Shown piece after piece: positions 52,013 to 63,866 of a DNA stretch of 64,000 nucleotides. A program made the position numbers and the translations under genes. The first letter of the stretch is position 1; each line of letters starts with the position of its first letter. The DNA is from Raja brachyura (Eukaryota). Location of the stretch: positions 25,544,001-25,608,000 of the forward strand of contig OY740784.1 in the NCBI GenBank assembly GCA_963514005.1, read 5' to 3'. The notes beneath the pieces were generated by a model. That model was not told the DNA's origin, ran no database searches, and saw nothing but the letters and a program-made list of their open reading frames with translations.

Positions 52013-53669
52013 GACTTGACAATATGTGATCCAATTTCTCAACAGCCTTTGTCAGCACAGAGCAGACACAATGTAAAGTTGTCTTCCATCCATTTTATAT
52101 CCTATGTAATCTGAATGGGACTTTTAATAATGTGTGCTCTGGACATACAGAGACTGTCCTCCATGTTTTCCTCGGAGGATAATCTTTTCCATTAGATTGA
52201 AAATGTAGTGGAACAGGCAGAATTAACATTGAAATCCAAATATTTATTTTCTTTCTGAAACAATTGCCTGTAATAATTTGTAAGGATGTTTGCTATCAGT
52301 GGTTTGGATTTGATAGTACAAGCAAGAACCCAAATAAGACATAAATGTCTTCAGTTCAGCAGCATTACTGTGGTTGCTTTTAACTTCTCCACAATGAATA
52401 GCTGTTCCCAGCCAGCAACAGGCTAGATATTTGAAACCACCTTTCACTTGTACAAACACATGAAGGCCTAGTTTCCACTTGTAAAAACAGATGACGACCC
52501 ATGTGCTTCCCCTATTTAATATCAACAGAAAGCTTCCACCAAATGGCAGGACCCTTGGGATTCCTCCTCTCTGTTCAGTTTGTTTTTAAGGCAACTGAAA
52601 AACAGACCTGGAATTAGTTATGTCAGGTATAACAGTGGGTCTCAAGCTACACTGATTTTCAGCATGTAAACTGCTGTGAATCAATCCATTTTAAAAGTAC
52701 AGTGCTAAAACAAAATGGGCCTACTGCAGACAGAAATTAAAATTGCACCTAAAGTTAGGCTCACCATATGGATGTGATTTGGAAATTACATCTTTTTCTT
52801 CAACTAAAATAAACAGAATAATATAAAATAAACAGAATTTTTTTTTTTTTTAAATGGTAAAAAAAATATGGCCTCAGCAACAACATAATAATTGTATAGT
52901 TTTGGTCTCACACAGTTTGATTTAAAAACCGTGATAGCACCTTCAGGCTATTAAAAACCTCACATTCTTAACACACTCTCTCAATGAGCTCATTGGCCCT
53001 TTTAGTCTCATCATCTGCCTGTGATTTCCATTACTTCAGAATGATGAAATCCCCTAGGAAGAGATTCCCATAAAAGATCTGTCACCTGAATGTACCGATA
53101 CTGTGCAACAGAAGATTGCCACTCAATATTCTCAAAAGTTTACCAATGTGGATGTACCCACAGCAGCCACATAATCCTCTCCCATTGCGAGACCACAGTC
53201 AAGAGAACGCAAGTTTTCACCTCAGAACAGATGTCAAGAATCGAGACTGTTTTATTGCCATATGTCCCAGGTAGACCAATGAAATTCTTACTTGCAGCAG
53301 CATGTCAGAATTTGTAAACAATATAATAAATGAGAAAAGAAAGTTATACACACACACAAACTAACAAATAATAAGTGCAAAAAGACAAAACCAATGTCCC
53401 AAGTCTATATAGCTCAGAGCTTCGCAATATCACCAATGCGTTTAATGCTTAGCAGCTTGTTAGTTACAGCACTGAATTTTGCTGTTTCTTTTATCCAGGT
53501 AAGCTGAGAACTACTATATTTGATTATTTGCTTGCAACACGTCACCACAGACAGGCACCATCTTGACTGCCAATGTGAAGATTTCAAGACCTTTTTGGAG
53601 AGTGACTTTAAGAATTTAAGGTTCACTAGAGTATTAGGGTTTTTTCAACAGTGCAAATGTTTTCTGTGG

Positions 53670-55340
53670 GGACAGTTAATGGCACTGTCACTCTGAGACA
53701 GTCATGGATTCAAGTCCTACTTGGAGGTTTGAAACCAAGAAATGCATCTGTTGCTTCAGTGCAGTGCCATGGGCCCTATCTGCTGGACGAGCCATTAACC
53801 ACATCTGCTTTCTCAGTTGAACACAAGATGCTGGGAGTTTTACTGTTTGAATAAACAGTCTGGTTGTGGGAAATAGGAGGTTTGATTAGTAAGCTTGGCA
53901 CAAAAAATGGGGACATTGCTTATAATGTGGCAGATATTCATAGACCACAGGAAAATATTGATCAGTTGGCAAAATGCAACAAGCAAAGGCAGGTGGAAGG
54001 TATTCCTGATAATGGTGAAGTCATGCATATGGGACGATTAACAAGGGCAGAACATACGCAACAATTTGTAACCCCAAGGTGTATTGAGGAACTGGGGGAC
54101 CTTGATGTACAGGCCAGGGAGCCTTGAAGGTGGCAGCACAGGTAGAAAGGTGGTTTAGAAGGCATATGGGATATCAGCCATCATTAGCTGAGGCACACAA
54201 CATGAAAGCGTGGAGGTTATGGTATAGCATAGAAAACATTGTTTTGGTCATAGCTGGAAAACTGTGTACAGTCCTGCTCACAACACTATAGGATGGGTGT
54301 GATTGCAGTGTGGAGAGTGCAGTGGAGATTCACTAGCATTTTGCAAGGGATGGAGCATTTCATTCATAAGGTGAGATTGGATAAGATAGATTTGTTTACC
54401 TTGGAGTAGAGAAGGCAGAGGAGGGACTTGAAATTGGAGAATTCAGTGTTCAGACCTTTGGGTTGTAAACTATATGTATGAGGTACTTCTTTTTTCCATT
54501 TTATATGTGACTCATCTTAGAAATGGAGGAGGCCAAGGACAGAAAAGTTGGTGTGGGAAAGGGAAATGGAATTAAAATGGTTAGTAACCAGGAGATCCAG
54601 CAGACCTGGGTGGATAGAGTGCGTGTTCAGCAAAACAATGGCCTCGTTTATGCTTGGTTTTGCTGATGCAAAGGCCACATTGGGAGCAACAAATGCAATC
54701 GACAAGGTTGAAGGAGGTGCATGTGAACATCTACCTTGCCTGCCTCGCATAGAAGGGTTGCTGGGGACCCTAGATTGAAGTGAGAGGAGGTCAATGAAAG
54801 TAAGCATGCAGGTACAGCAGGCAGTGAAGAAAGCGAATGGCATGTCGGCCTTCATAACAAGAGGAGTTAAGTATAGGAGCAAAGAGGTCCTTCTGCAGTT
54901 GTATAGGGCCCTAATGACACCACACCTGGGGTATTGTGTGCAGTTTTTGTCCCCTAACTTTTGTTCACAAGGTTAATTCCCAGGATGGCGGGACTGTCAT
55001 ATGCTGAGAGAATGGAGCGGCTGGGCTTGTATACTCTGGAAATTAGAAGTATGAGAGGGGATCTTATTGAAATATAGAAGATTATTAAGGGTTTGGACAC
55101 ACTAGAGTCAGGAAACATGTTCCCGATGTTGGGGGAGTCCGGAACCAGGGGCCACAGTTTAAGACTATGGGATAAGGCATTTAGAACGGAGATGAGGAAA
55201 CACTTTTTCACACAGAGAGTTGCGAGTCTGTAGAATTCACTTCCTCAGAGGGCGCTGGAGGCCAGTTCTCTGGATACTTTCAAGATTCAAGATTCACGAG
55301 AGTTTATTGTCATGTGTCCCAGATAGGACAATGAAATTGG
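53670..55340. mobile_element. Mosaic of old SINE, old CR1 (+), Penelope GIY-YIG (minus, about 54430-54790), younger CR1 (+, 54794-55285) and a Rex-type tail
   Basis: MKVSMQVQQAVKKANG..LLQLYRALMTPHLGYCVQF matches the CR1 at 38750-38900; minus-strand ..HFNS..SVLGLLH is Penelope-like. Confidence 0.7.
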
Positions 55341-56315
55341 GGAGGGAGCAGGTCGGGTGGGAAGGGATGAGCAAACCAATGAGCTGCAGAGAGATTGGAC
55401 TCTGTGGAAAGTGGAAAGGGATACGGATGGGGAGATGTGACTGCTGGTGGGATCTTAAAGAACAGCCCATATTCTGCTTAGGTCAATTATAATACAATGG
55501 CATGAATGCTCCAATTCCAAGTAATACTTCTCCAGTTAAATGAAACTGTCCTGAATTTCAACCAGAACCATTCGTGCATGGCTTTGAGTAGATTGTCACA
55601 CTATAGGAAAGGTGAGGTTCCACTATTGAGGGTGCAGTGGTGTATCATGAGGATTCTATGTGGGATGGAGCATTGCATTTATGAGGAGAGACTGATAAGA
55701 TGGGTTTGTTTTGCTTGGAGTTGAAGAGGCAGAGAGGGGACCTGATAAGAGGTATACAGTATACAATAAGTGACATAGACAGGGTAGATAATATGAAACC
55801 TTCCCCCAAAACCTGGGGGAAGGTTTAGTGCATTGATTTGAGTAGATTGTCATAATTCTGCATAATTTCTTGAATTATTTGCTTCAGATTACATATGAAT
55901 TAAATATGGAATTCATATTTAATTCATAATGAATTACATATTTAATTCATTTGTAATATCAATTACATAAGACCTGCGTATAATTCATATCACATGAACA
56001 TAATGTCCGTTTGCTCTGATGCCTTGATATCCTGAGCTCCTGATGTAAGAATCGCTCAGTCAGCAATCACTGACGGCCCAGTGTTGGCCACTTCACACTC
56101 GGTTAAGCACATGCTACAGTATATTTAATCATCAGATCATGTGCATAATAGACCTGGGAAGGTATTCCACAGGGATAGTATTCACTTTTTGGTCAACCTG
56201 GACAATGACGTTTACTTAATCATCTATATCCTCAGGGAAACTCTACTGCGCCAGTAACATCAGTCACATAGGGACATGGCTGCTCTCAGAATGGAGAGAT
56301 CCTGGCATTGAAAAA

Positions 56316-57481
56316 TCTATCTATACATAACTAAAACTCTGATCTTGTTATCTTCCGGTTTGCGCGGTCTTTCTATTTGCGCAAAAACAGTTTGCGATAG
56401 CGCTACGATTTTTCGCCAGTTCACTCACCGTTCTCCTGTGCTGCGATTGCACCAAGTTTTGTTCCGATCGGTTAAATGCCACAACAGTTAGCAAGGTTTA
56501 AAAAATCTTAAAAAATGCCCGTGCACAGATCGATCTCTTCTTCTGCCGTTCAGCGCTGCGCAGATTAGTTTCTTCCCCTGTCACTCACCGGGACGGTCCG
56601 CCCCTTCCTGCGCCATCGCATCTTTACTAGATATGAGGATGACTGGCGGAGGTTTCCAACCAGCACAATTTTCAGGGGGACCCAAAGCATCCCAGCCCCA
56701 AGCAGTCCAGCCCCAAGCAGCCCAGCATAGGCGACCCAGCCCAGTGTCGGAGACCCGACCCAGCCCAGCGTGGGAGATCCAGCCCAGCCCAGAGTCGGAG
56801 ATGTCGCCGCTATCGCCAAACGGAAAGTGGAGGCTCTAATCCCGGCGGAGGAAAACGACCAGCGACCAGCGCCCACTGCGAGTTCCCATCACACCGCCAA
56901 TTGCAGCCACTATCCCTCTGGTTCCCCTCGCTGTCTCCCTCCCCCCCCCCCACCTTTTCTCCGAGTTCACTCCCCCAAACCCCTCTCCCCCCACAACTCC
57001 CTCCATCCCACAACCCCCCGCCCCCACACACACCCCCGCCCCCACACACATCCTCCACCACACATCCCTCCTCCCCCTCCCACATCCCTCCTCCCCCTAC
57101 CACACCCCTCCTGCCCACATACACATCTCCCCCCACCATACACCCCCCTCCCCATCACCCTCTTCTCCCCCATACACCTCCCTGTCCACACACACCCCTC
57201 CTCCCCTCCCACCCCACACCCCCCCCCGCCACACACCCCATTTCCCTCCCCCCCTCCCCTCCCACACATGAAGAGGAGGGGGAGGGAGTGCTCGGGGATG
57301 AGGGTAAATGAGCCGCGCCTGCGCAGTTAGGGGCTATGGGTAAGTGGTGGAATATTGCGTTGGGGGAACGGTTTATGTTGGGGCAACAGGTGAGTGGTGG
57401 AACATTGTGTTGGGGAATGGGTTGCGTTGGGGGACTAGGCCTCCCATGTGTCTGGGACCCAACGGATCCCACTTAGTCTAG
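56316..57481 (+). mobile_element. Non-autonomous Helitron
   Basis: A|TC 5' end (TCTATCTATACATAACTAAAA), subterminal hairpin TGGGACCC-AAC-GGATCCCA (57453-57471), CTAG|T 3' end, no TSD; internal 15- and 24-bp tandem repeats and a C-rich tract. Confidence 0.85.
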
Positions 57482-59438
57482 TTATAAATAAAAATGGAAT
57501 AAAGTGTCCGAAAAAATTCTGTGCTGGCAATGGAGGCACAACCCTGTGTTTAGATCCCAATGATGATATTTATGGCTTTCCATCAGTGGGATTACAGAAT
57601 ACTTCCGTCACTTCTTCATGCTAAATGTTAGGCACAGAATGAACCCCAGGCATCGTATTTTTAACTGTTCTGATGAGAGGTCATGAACATGAGATGTTCA
57701 CCCTTGCTTCAACTGTGCTGCCTGACCCTGATGAGGCAACGCTTCTGCCTGACCTGATGAGGATTTTCAGCATTTTGGTTTATTTAATGTTTTCTCAATT
57801 GCTGTGTCATCATGTAAGGTTCATTGTGAACATTTTCAGTCAGATTCCCAGTAGCTAGGACTAAACACAAATTGCTGAGGTAACTCAGCGGGTCAGGCAG
57901 CATCTGTGGAGGAGATGGATGATGTTGCTGACCCTTCTCCTCCAGAGATGCTGCTTGACCCGCTAAATTACCCCAGCAATATGTGCTTTGCTCAAGATTC
58001 CAACATCTGTAATTCCTTGTGTCTCCCTGTAGCTGGGGACCATTACATTTTGCAGGATGAAACAAACTGCTACGCACTTGGATCTTGTCAGGAAAGGCTA
58101 TATCCCTTGTAATGGCTCCTAAGAAATTCACAAATGTCTGCAAGAATTTAAATTAATTCATTATAATTCTTTTGATTTACAGTTCTTTGGAGTGAGCAAT
58201 TATATGCCATTCAGCCTTTCCATGTTTAGTGAAGATATACAACATCTCTCTATCCTTCAGAAAACATTTCAGAAGTTAGGGGACATGAAATGGTAATTTC
58301 TGCATTCACCAAACTATGTACTAAATATTTTTATTTGATCTTTCAACCAAATTAACATGGTACATTAGATGTGGCTTTTCAGATAGATCTGCACTCCGAG
58401 TTAAAAAAAATACCCTGGCAATCAAGCCTGCAGTCGATTTCCGTCTTTTTAATGCCGCTTTTCTCAGTGTGCTCTTTACTTTGTCAAATCAGTTAAGTTC
58501 ACCAGATGTTTCCTAACTGCAAATAATTAAATAATAAACCGGAGTGGGATATGAAACTAAAAATATACCTTTATGTGTAACATATGTGACTTGGCTTTAT
58601 GCAAATTGCTGGCACAGCTGAAACCTATTGCCTACAATTATAGTGCAATGTTGTTCCTGAATATTGCCGAGTGTTATTACATCTCTTGGAGGTGCAGTAA
58701 AGTGTTCATCTACAGGATGCTAAGCATGTGATTGACTGAGGTTGGATGACACAGCACCACAGATTATAAGGAACATGACAGTAAACAGAGTAAACAAGAA
58801 TTATTTTGCAAGCAGAAGTACAGTGTCAGAATATGATGATGATTACCATGCTACTTTATTGTCGCTTGTGCATTGACCAAACTATGTGCAGTGGTGCAGG
58901 GAAATTATTCAAAATTAAAAAGCCCCAGCCTATGCAGTCCCTCCTTTTAACTCCAGCCTTGGTAACATCCCTGTGAATCTTTTCTCACCCTTTCCAGCTA
59001 AATGGCATCTTTCATATAGCTTGGTTATCAGATCTTCCTACAATACTCCAAATGTGACCTCATCAACATCATGAATATCATGAACAATAGCAACAAGATG
59101 TCTCAATTCTTGGACGAATGTCCTTTTCGGAGCTAAAAAATTTACCCAGGAGATCAAACCTGCAGAATATTTGGTTGTTTAGCTTTAAATACAGTAGTTA
59201 TTCATGGAGTTCGTTCCCCACGGACAGACTTTATTTTTACGATGCCACAATGTACTTTGTTAAATTCAGAACACCGTTATCTATGTTTGGTATGAAAATG
59301 CCTTTCAGATCTCCGACTCCATGCGAGTCTTGCAATTCAAAACCATTCAATATTGCTTAATTTCTAAGTAATCACAAATTCATGCACGATATCCATATCA
59401 GATAAGCTGGAAATGTTAATGCTTGATGTGTCACTTAC

Positions 59439-59498
59439 CGTTACCTCTTTTACATTTTCCATTACCCGACTTGGATTTCTTTCCAAGTGTTCCATTAT
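59439..59498 (-). other. Candidate 60-nt exon of an unidentified host gene
   Basis: TTATGTGTTCAG acceptor, consensus ACG|GTAAGT donor, purine-rich body, two open frames (IMEHLERNPSRVMENVKEVT or xNGTLGKKSKSGNGKCKRGN); lies in non-repeat DNA. Confidence 0.4.
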
Positions 59499-60944
59499 CT
59501 GAACACATAAGACATTTTTTATGGATTACACATCTACTCTTGCAAAATGTAATAAAATGTTATTCTTAAAGCTTAAGCATTTCAATCCAGTTACTACATT
59601 CAATCCAGTCACCATATCCTACTCGCCCATTCTACACAGTTGCCCTAATATCTACTGATTGCCCCAGCTCTTACCTTTCTCTTTGATTGTTCCTAGCCCT
59701 GAGCCACCCATCTACCTGGACTGCAAATGACACCAAAACATTCCCCTTCTACCTCCTATCAAGGAACACAAAATGCTCAAGTAACTTAGTGGGTCAGGCA
59801 GCACTCTGGAAGACATGGGTAGGCGACGTTTAGGGTTGGGATCCTTATTCAGACTGATAATGGCAAAGGGAGAGAGTGATGGGACCAGGACAAAGCCTGG
59901 CAAGGCTAGAGATGAAAAGAAGATAGGGGTGGGTTTGTCAGAGAATGGGTGTCCACCAATTGAATTCTCCAATTTTAGGTAACACCCATCATCTTTTTCT
60001 TCTCTTCTCCCTCCATGCACAACCATTCTCCCACTATCCCACCCTCTTTCTCAACCACCCATCCCCTTCCTCCTATAGCCCTGCCCCAGGCTTTACATTT
60101 CACTCCTCTTCTCTCCTTATCAACACTCTTTTGTCAACTTGTTGTTATTTTTTCCTTTCTAGTCTTTGTCCACCCATCTGCCAGTGAAAACAAAAACCCT
60201 CACCTGTATTCACCTATCACTTGTCAGGCTTTGTCTCATCCACACCTCTTTTCCAGCTACACTACAATCCCACTACAATCAGTCCGAAGGGTGGTCCTGA
60301 ACTGAAACGTTGCCTATCCATGTCCTCCAGAGATGATGCTGGATCCACAATTATTCCAGCACTTTGTGTCCTATGCAAGATTCAAGCATCTGCAGTATTC
60401 ACCTCCTATTGAACCTGGCCCACACATTTTGATTTCTCCCTTCTTTGTCCACCTCAAAAGGAGGCCGTTTGGCCCTTTGGGATAATGCAAGCTCCTTGGG
60501 CATTTCCATTCCTCACTGATTTTCCCTGTAACTTCTCCTGCTCACATTCTCACAAACTTTCCTCATCCAGATTCCACCACTCATCTACACCAGTAGCCAA
60601 ATAACATACCGACCAGAATTTCTTTGTGGTGTGGGAAGAAACCAAAGTGCCCAGAGGAAACATATTGTGTGCTCGGCTTGCTGCATACTTTGTTCCCAGA
60701 AACAAATCAAACTTTTGATTTGTGAAAGTGAAGAATATATATTGACAGCAATGTTCAGTTGCATTGGGTTCCTGGAAGATAGGTTCTTTGTAAGATTTGA
60801 TCAGCATGTTAACCCTGTCTTATGGAATTAATTTTGCAGCATATTACTTTATAAATGTAAAAATAGAATTCTAAACAGTCAATTGATAGAAAGTAACCCA
60901 GCTCATTGAAATGTGCATTGAAATGATCAGATGCTTAATATATT

Positions 60945-61705
60945 TAAGAATGATCTACAGATGCTGGAAAATCGAAGGAAGACAAAAATGCTGGAGAAAC
61001 TTTAAGGGTGAGGCAGGAAGGAAGGGAATAGGCAACGATTTGGGTCGAGACCCTTCCTCAGACTGATGTGGGGGTGGGGGGGGTGGGATGAGGAAAGGAA
61101 GAGGCGGAGACAATGGGCTGTGGGAGAGCTGGGAAGGGGAGGGGAAAGCAGAAGAAAGCAGGGACTATCTAAAATTGGAGAAGTCAATGATCATACCGCT
61201 GGGGTGTAAGCTGCCCAAGCAAAATATGAGGTGCTGCTCCACCAATTTACGGTGAGCATCACACTGGCCATGGAGGAGGCCCAGGACAGAAAGGTCGAAT
61301 TTGGAATGGGAGGGGGAGTTGAAGCGCTGAGCCACCGCGAGATTAGGTTGGTTATTGCGAACCGAGCGGAGGTGTTGGGCGAGGCGATCGTCAAGCCTAT
61401 GCTTGGTCTCACCGATTTAGAGCAGCTGACACCTAGAGCAGCGGATGCAATAGATGAGGTTGGATGAGGTGCAGGTGAACCTCTGCCGCACCTGGAAAGA
61501 CTGCTTGGGCCCTTGGATAGAGTCAAGGGGGGAGGTAAAGCCACAAGTGTAGCATTTCCAACTTCTTTCCCCTCCCCTTCCCAGCTTTCCCACAGCCCAC
61601 TGTCTTCGCCTCTTCCTTTCTTCTTCCCCCCCCCCCCACGTCAGTTTGAGGAAGGGTCTCGACCCAAAACGTCGCCTATTTCCTTTGCTCCATAGCTGCT
61701 GCCTC
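60945..61705 (-). mobile_element. Penelope-like element: GIY-YIG endonuclease (61165-61558) and pLTR, with an inverted partial pLTR at its 5' end
   Basis: FQVRQRFTCTSSNLIYCIRCSRCQLL*IGETKHRL..LSVLGLLH..EQHLIF..GMIIDFSNFR; 61560-61700 is an inverted copy of the 61020-61150 region. Confidence 0.9.
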
Positions 61706-62255
61706 AGATACTTAATATGTGCTCCCTTCCTGTGAATGTCTGCAGCAGTAGAGGTACATCAGTGTTTGTTCCTTTGTAGTTTACCCCATTATAGCTTTTC
61801 CAGCAGGTGATTAGATATGGATAAACAAGTCTGATGGTGATGTATGAATATAAATTATATGATTCCTCTTTTTCTTAAAATAAAAATTGGCAAAGTAGTC
61901 TTGATATCAAATTAATTAATATTCCTTCATGTTTATATCCATAAACTGTCCTATGACAAAGACTGTGGTGAAACAAGTCCACCTTGGCCAACTCGATCTC
62001 CTGGTTGCCAAACATTTGAACTCCCTTCCCATTCCGACCTTTGTGTCCTGGGCCTCCCTGTCAGAGTGAGGTCTCATGCAAATTGGAGGAACAGCATCTC
62101 ACATTTTGCTTGGGCAGCTTACAACCTAGATGAACGTTGAGTTTTATCTAATTTCAATCAGCTCCTGCATTCCCACCCCCTCCTCTCTCCCACCCTAGTC
62201 ATCCTACTGGTTCCACTCTTCGCATCCTTGTATCCTTCTCATTAGCACATCTTCC

Positions 62256-62309
62256 GGGGTGGGAGATTACAACCTTCACGTGGTCCGCCCTGTTTCGACT
62301 AATGCAATC
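62256..62309 (+). ncRNA. Minimal (54-nt) HDV-like self-cleaving ribozyme
   Basis: P1 GGGGTGG/CCGCCCT with G1-U wobble; P2 GATTACA/TGCAATC (one mismatch); P3 ACC/GGT; L3 TTCACGT; P4 reduced to a UUCG loop; J4/2 C-TAA with catalytic C at 62299. Confidence 0.85.
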
Positions 62310-62398
62310 AACTCGACGTGCACAAACGGAAGATCAAATAGAACAAGTTGTCCAACAACTTTAGGCTGTGCACGCCACACGAAAGAAGAAGAAGGAGA
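62256..62398 (+). mobile_element. 143-bp non-autonomous retroposon with HDV-like ribozyme head and (GAA)n tail
   Basis: Perfect 12-bp TSD AGCACATCTTCC (62244-62255 and 62399-62410); tail ACACGAAAGAAGAAGAAG; no Pol III A/B boxes seen. Confidence 0.9.
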
Positions 62399-63098
62399 AG
62401 CACATCTTCCACAGCCATCAAGGAGCCATTATAGACTCCATCCTTCAAGACATCATCTGTTGTCAGCCCTGATTTGTTCTGACCTTTTTTTGCCTTTTTT
62501 TCCCCCATCCCCCCACCACCCCTCTCTTTCAGTCAGAAAAAGGGTTCCTACCCGAAATGTCACCCATCCCATTTTTCCAGAGATGTTGCCTGACTCGTTG
62601 AGTTTTTCTTCAATTTTGTGCCTATCTTCAGTTGATTCATTTCCATATTTCAGTCTGCAAAATGACACAAATTTACTTCAATTGCCCAAAAGCCTCTCGC
62701 GGACCAAAACGCAGACTCAATCATACTGCATAGTTCGGTACTACCCTTCATCAACTTTAGTCGTTGATAAAGCATTTGATGATGCCAACATTGTCAGATT
62801 TAGCATCACATGTTTATATTCAAAATGCTTTTAAGAAAAGCAAGCTATCACATTTTGGCATTCCTGAATGAACAGTTAAGCTATTACAGTAGTTTTCGCA
62901 AACAGGAATGTACTCCCATTTCACAACTTCTACTTTGTATGTTCTTGTTTGAGCTTTTCAATTTTAGCAGCGGTTCTTTAATGCATTGCCCTTTTCTTCA
63001 CATGTTCCGCAACAATGACATTATTTTGTCTGTAATTGGTAATATAAATTAGATCATTAGATTTTTGGCAGAGTAGTGTTCAAGTGAACAGTTTGGGT

Positions 63099-63402
63099 TA
63101 GGGTGACACAGTGGCGCAGCAGTAGAGTTGCTGCCTTACAGCGCCAGAAACCCATGTTCAATCCTGACTACAGGGGCTGTCTGTATGGAGCTTGTCCGTT
63201 CTCCTCCGTGACTGCTTTTGTTTTCTCAAGGTGTTCCGGTTTCCTCCCACATTCCATATATGTGCAGTTTTGTAGGTTAATTGGCTTCAGTAAAATTGTA
63301 AAATATTGTCCCTAGTGTGCAGAATTTAGTGTATGGGGTGATAACTGGTCGGTGCGGACTCGGTGCACCGAGGGACCCGTTTCGCACTGTATCTCTAAAC
63401 TA
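63099..63402 (+). mobile_element. HE1-type V-SINE
   Basis: GTGGCGCAGCAG head, V-domain, TGTATCTCTAAACTA tail. Confidence 0.85.
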
Positions 63403-63799
63403 GAGGGTAAAATAGACTTGGGACCATGGAAGGAGTTCAGTTCCCATTTTATGGCAGTGTGGCTATATTACTGGACTAATAATCCAGACCTCTTGACTAA
63501 TAACCTATAGATATTCAACAATGGTCATCTAAAAACCTCCAGAAATGCAATGTTAGTATTATATTCATAGGTAATAGGAGCACAATTAGGCCATTTAGCC
63601 CATCAAGTCTACTTTGATATTCAATCATGGCTGATCTATCTACACTTAATTCCTCTTTTTAATAGTAAAAATAAAAGATTACTGTGAAAAGATGACATCT
63701 TCATTGAGTAAGGTTTCTCAACCTTCCTGCATCTTGGACCACTCACTGCCAACTTGGACCTAATACAATTTCTAATAATTCCCTGACGAGCCCATCACT

Positions 63800-63866
63800 G
63801 GTCCCATAACAGAAGCGTCCACGTCGCGGGGCTGGTAACTGGAAGTATCCCGAGTTAATTCTGCTA
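63800..63866 (+). ncRNA. HDV/CPEB3-like ribozyme fold; catalytic C position reads T in this copy
   Basis: P1 GGTCCC/GGGGCT (G1-U); P2 TAACAGAA/TTCTGCTA (one mismatch); P3 GCG/CGC; L3 TCCACGT; P1.1 CC/GG (63819-63820 with 63834-63835); J4/2 G-T-TAA. Confidence 0.8.

Larger units (their letters stand above)
61985..62635 (+). mobile_element. Penelope GIY-YIG end and pLTR fragment hosting the 143-bp ribozyme retroposon
   Basis: VAKHLNSPSHS..VLGL..KLEEQHLTFCLGSLQP, then the pLTR motif at about 62530-62635. Confidence 0.8.

Noticed and set aside
56565-57472. Pro/His-rich and Gly-rich ORFs
   Set aside because: Low-complexity repeats inside the Helitron, open in several frames on both strands.
62259-62834. 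191-aa ORF
   Set aside because: Chance read-through across the ribozyme retroposon, a Penelope pLTR and unique DNA.
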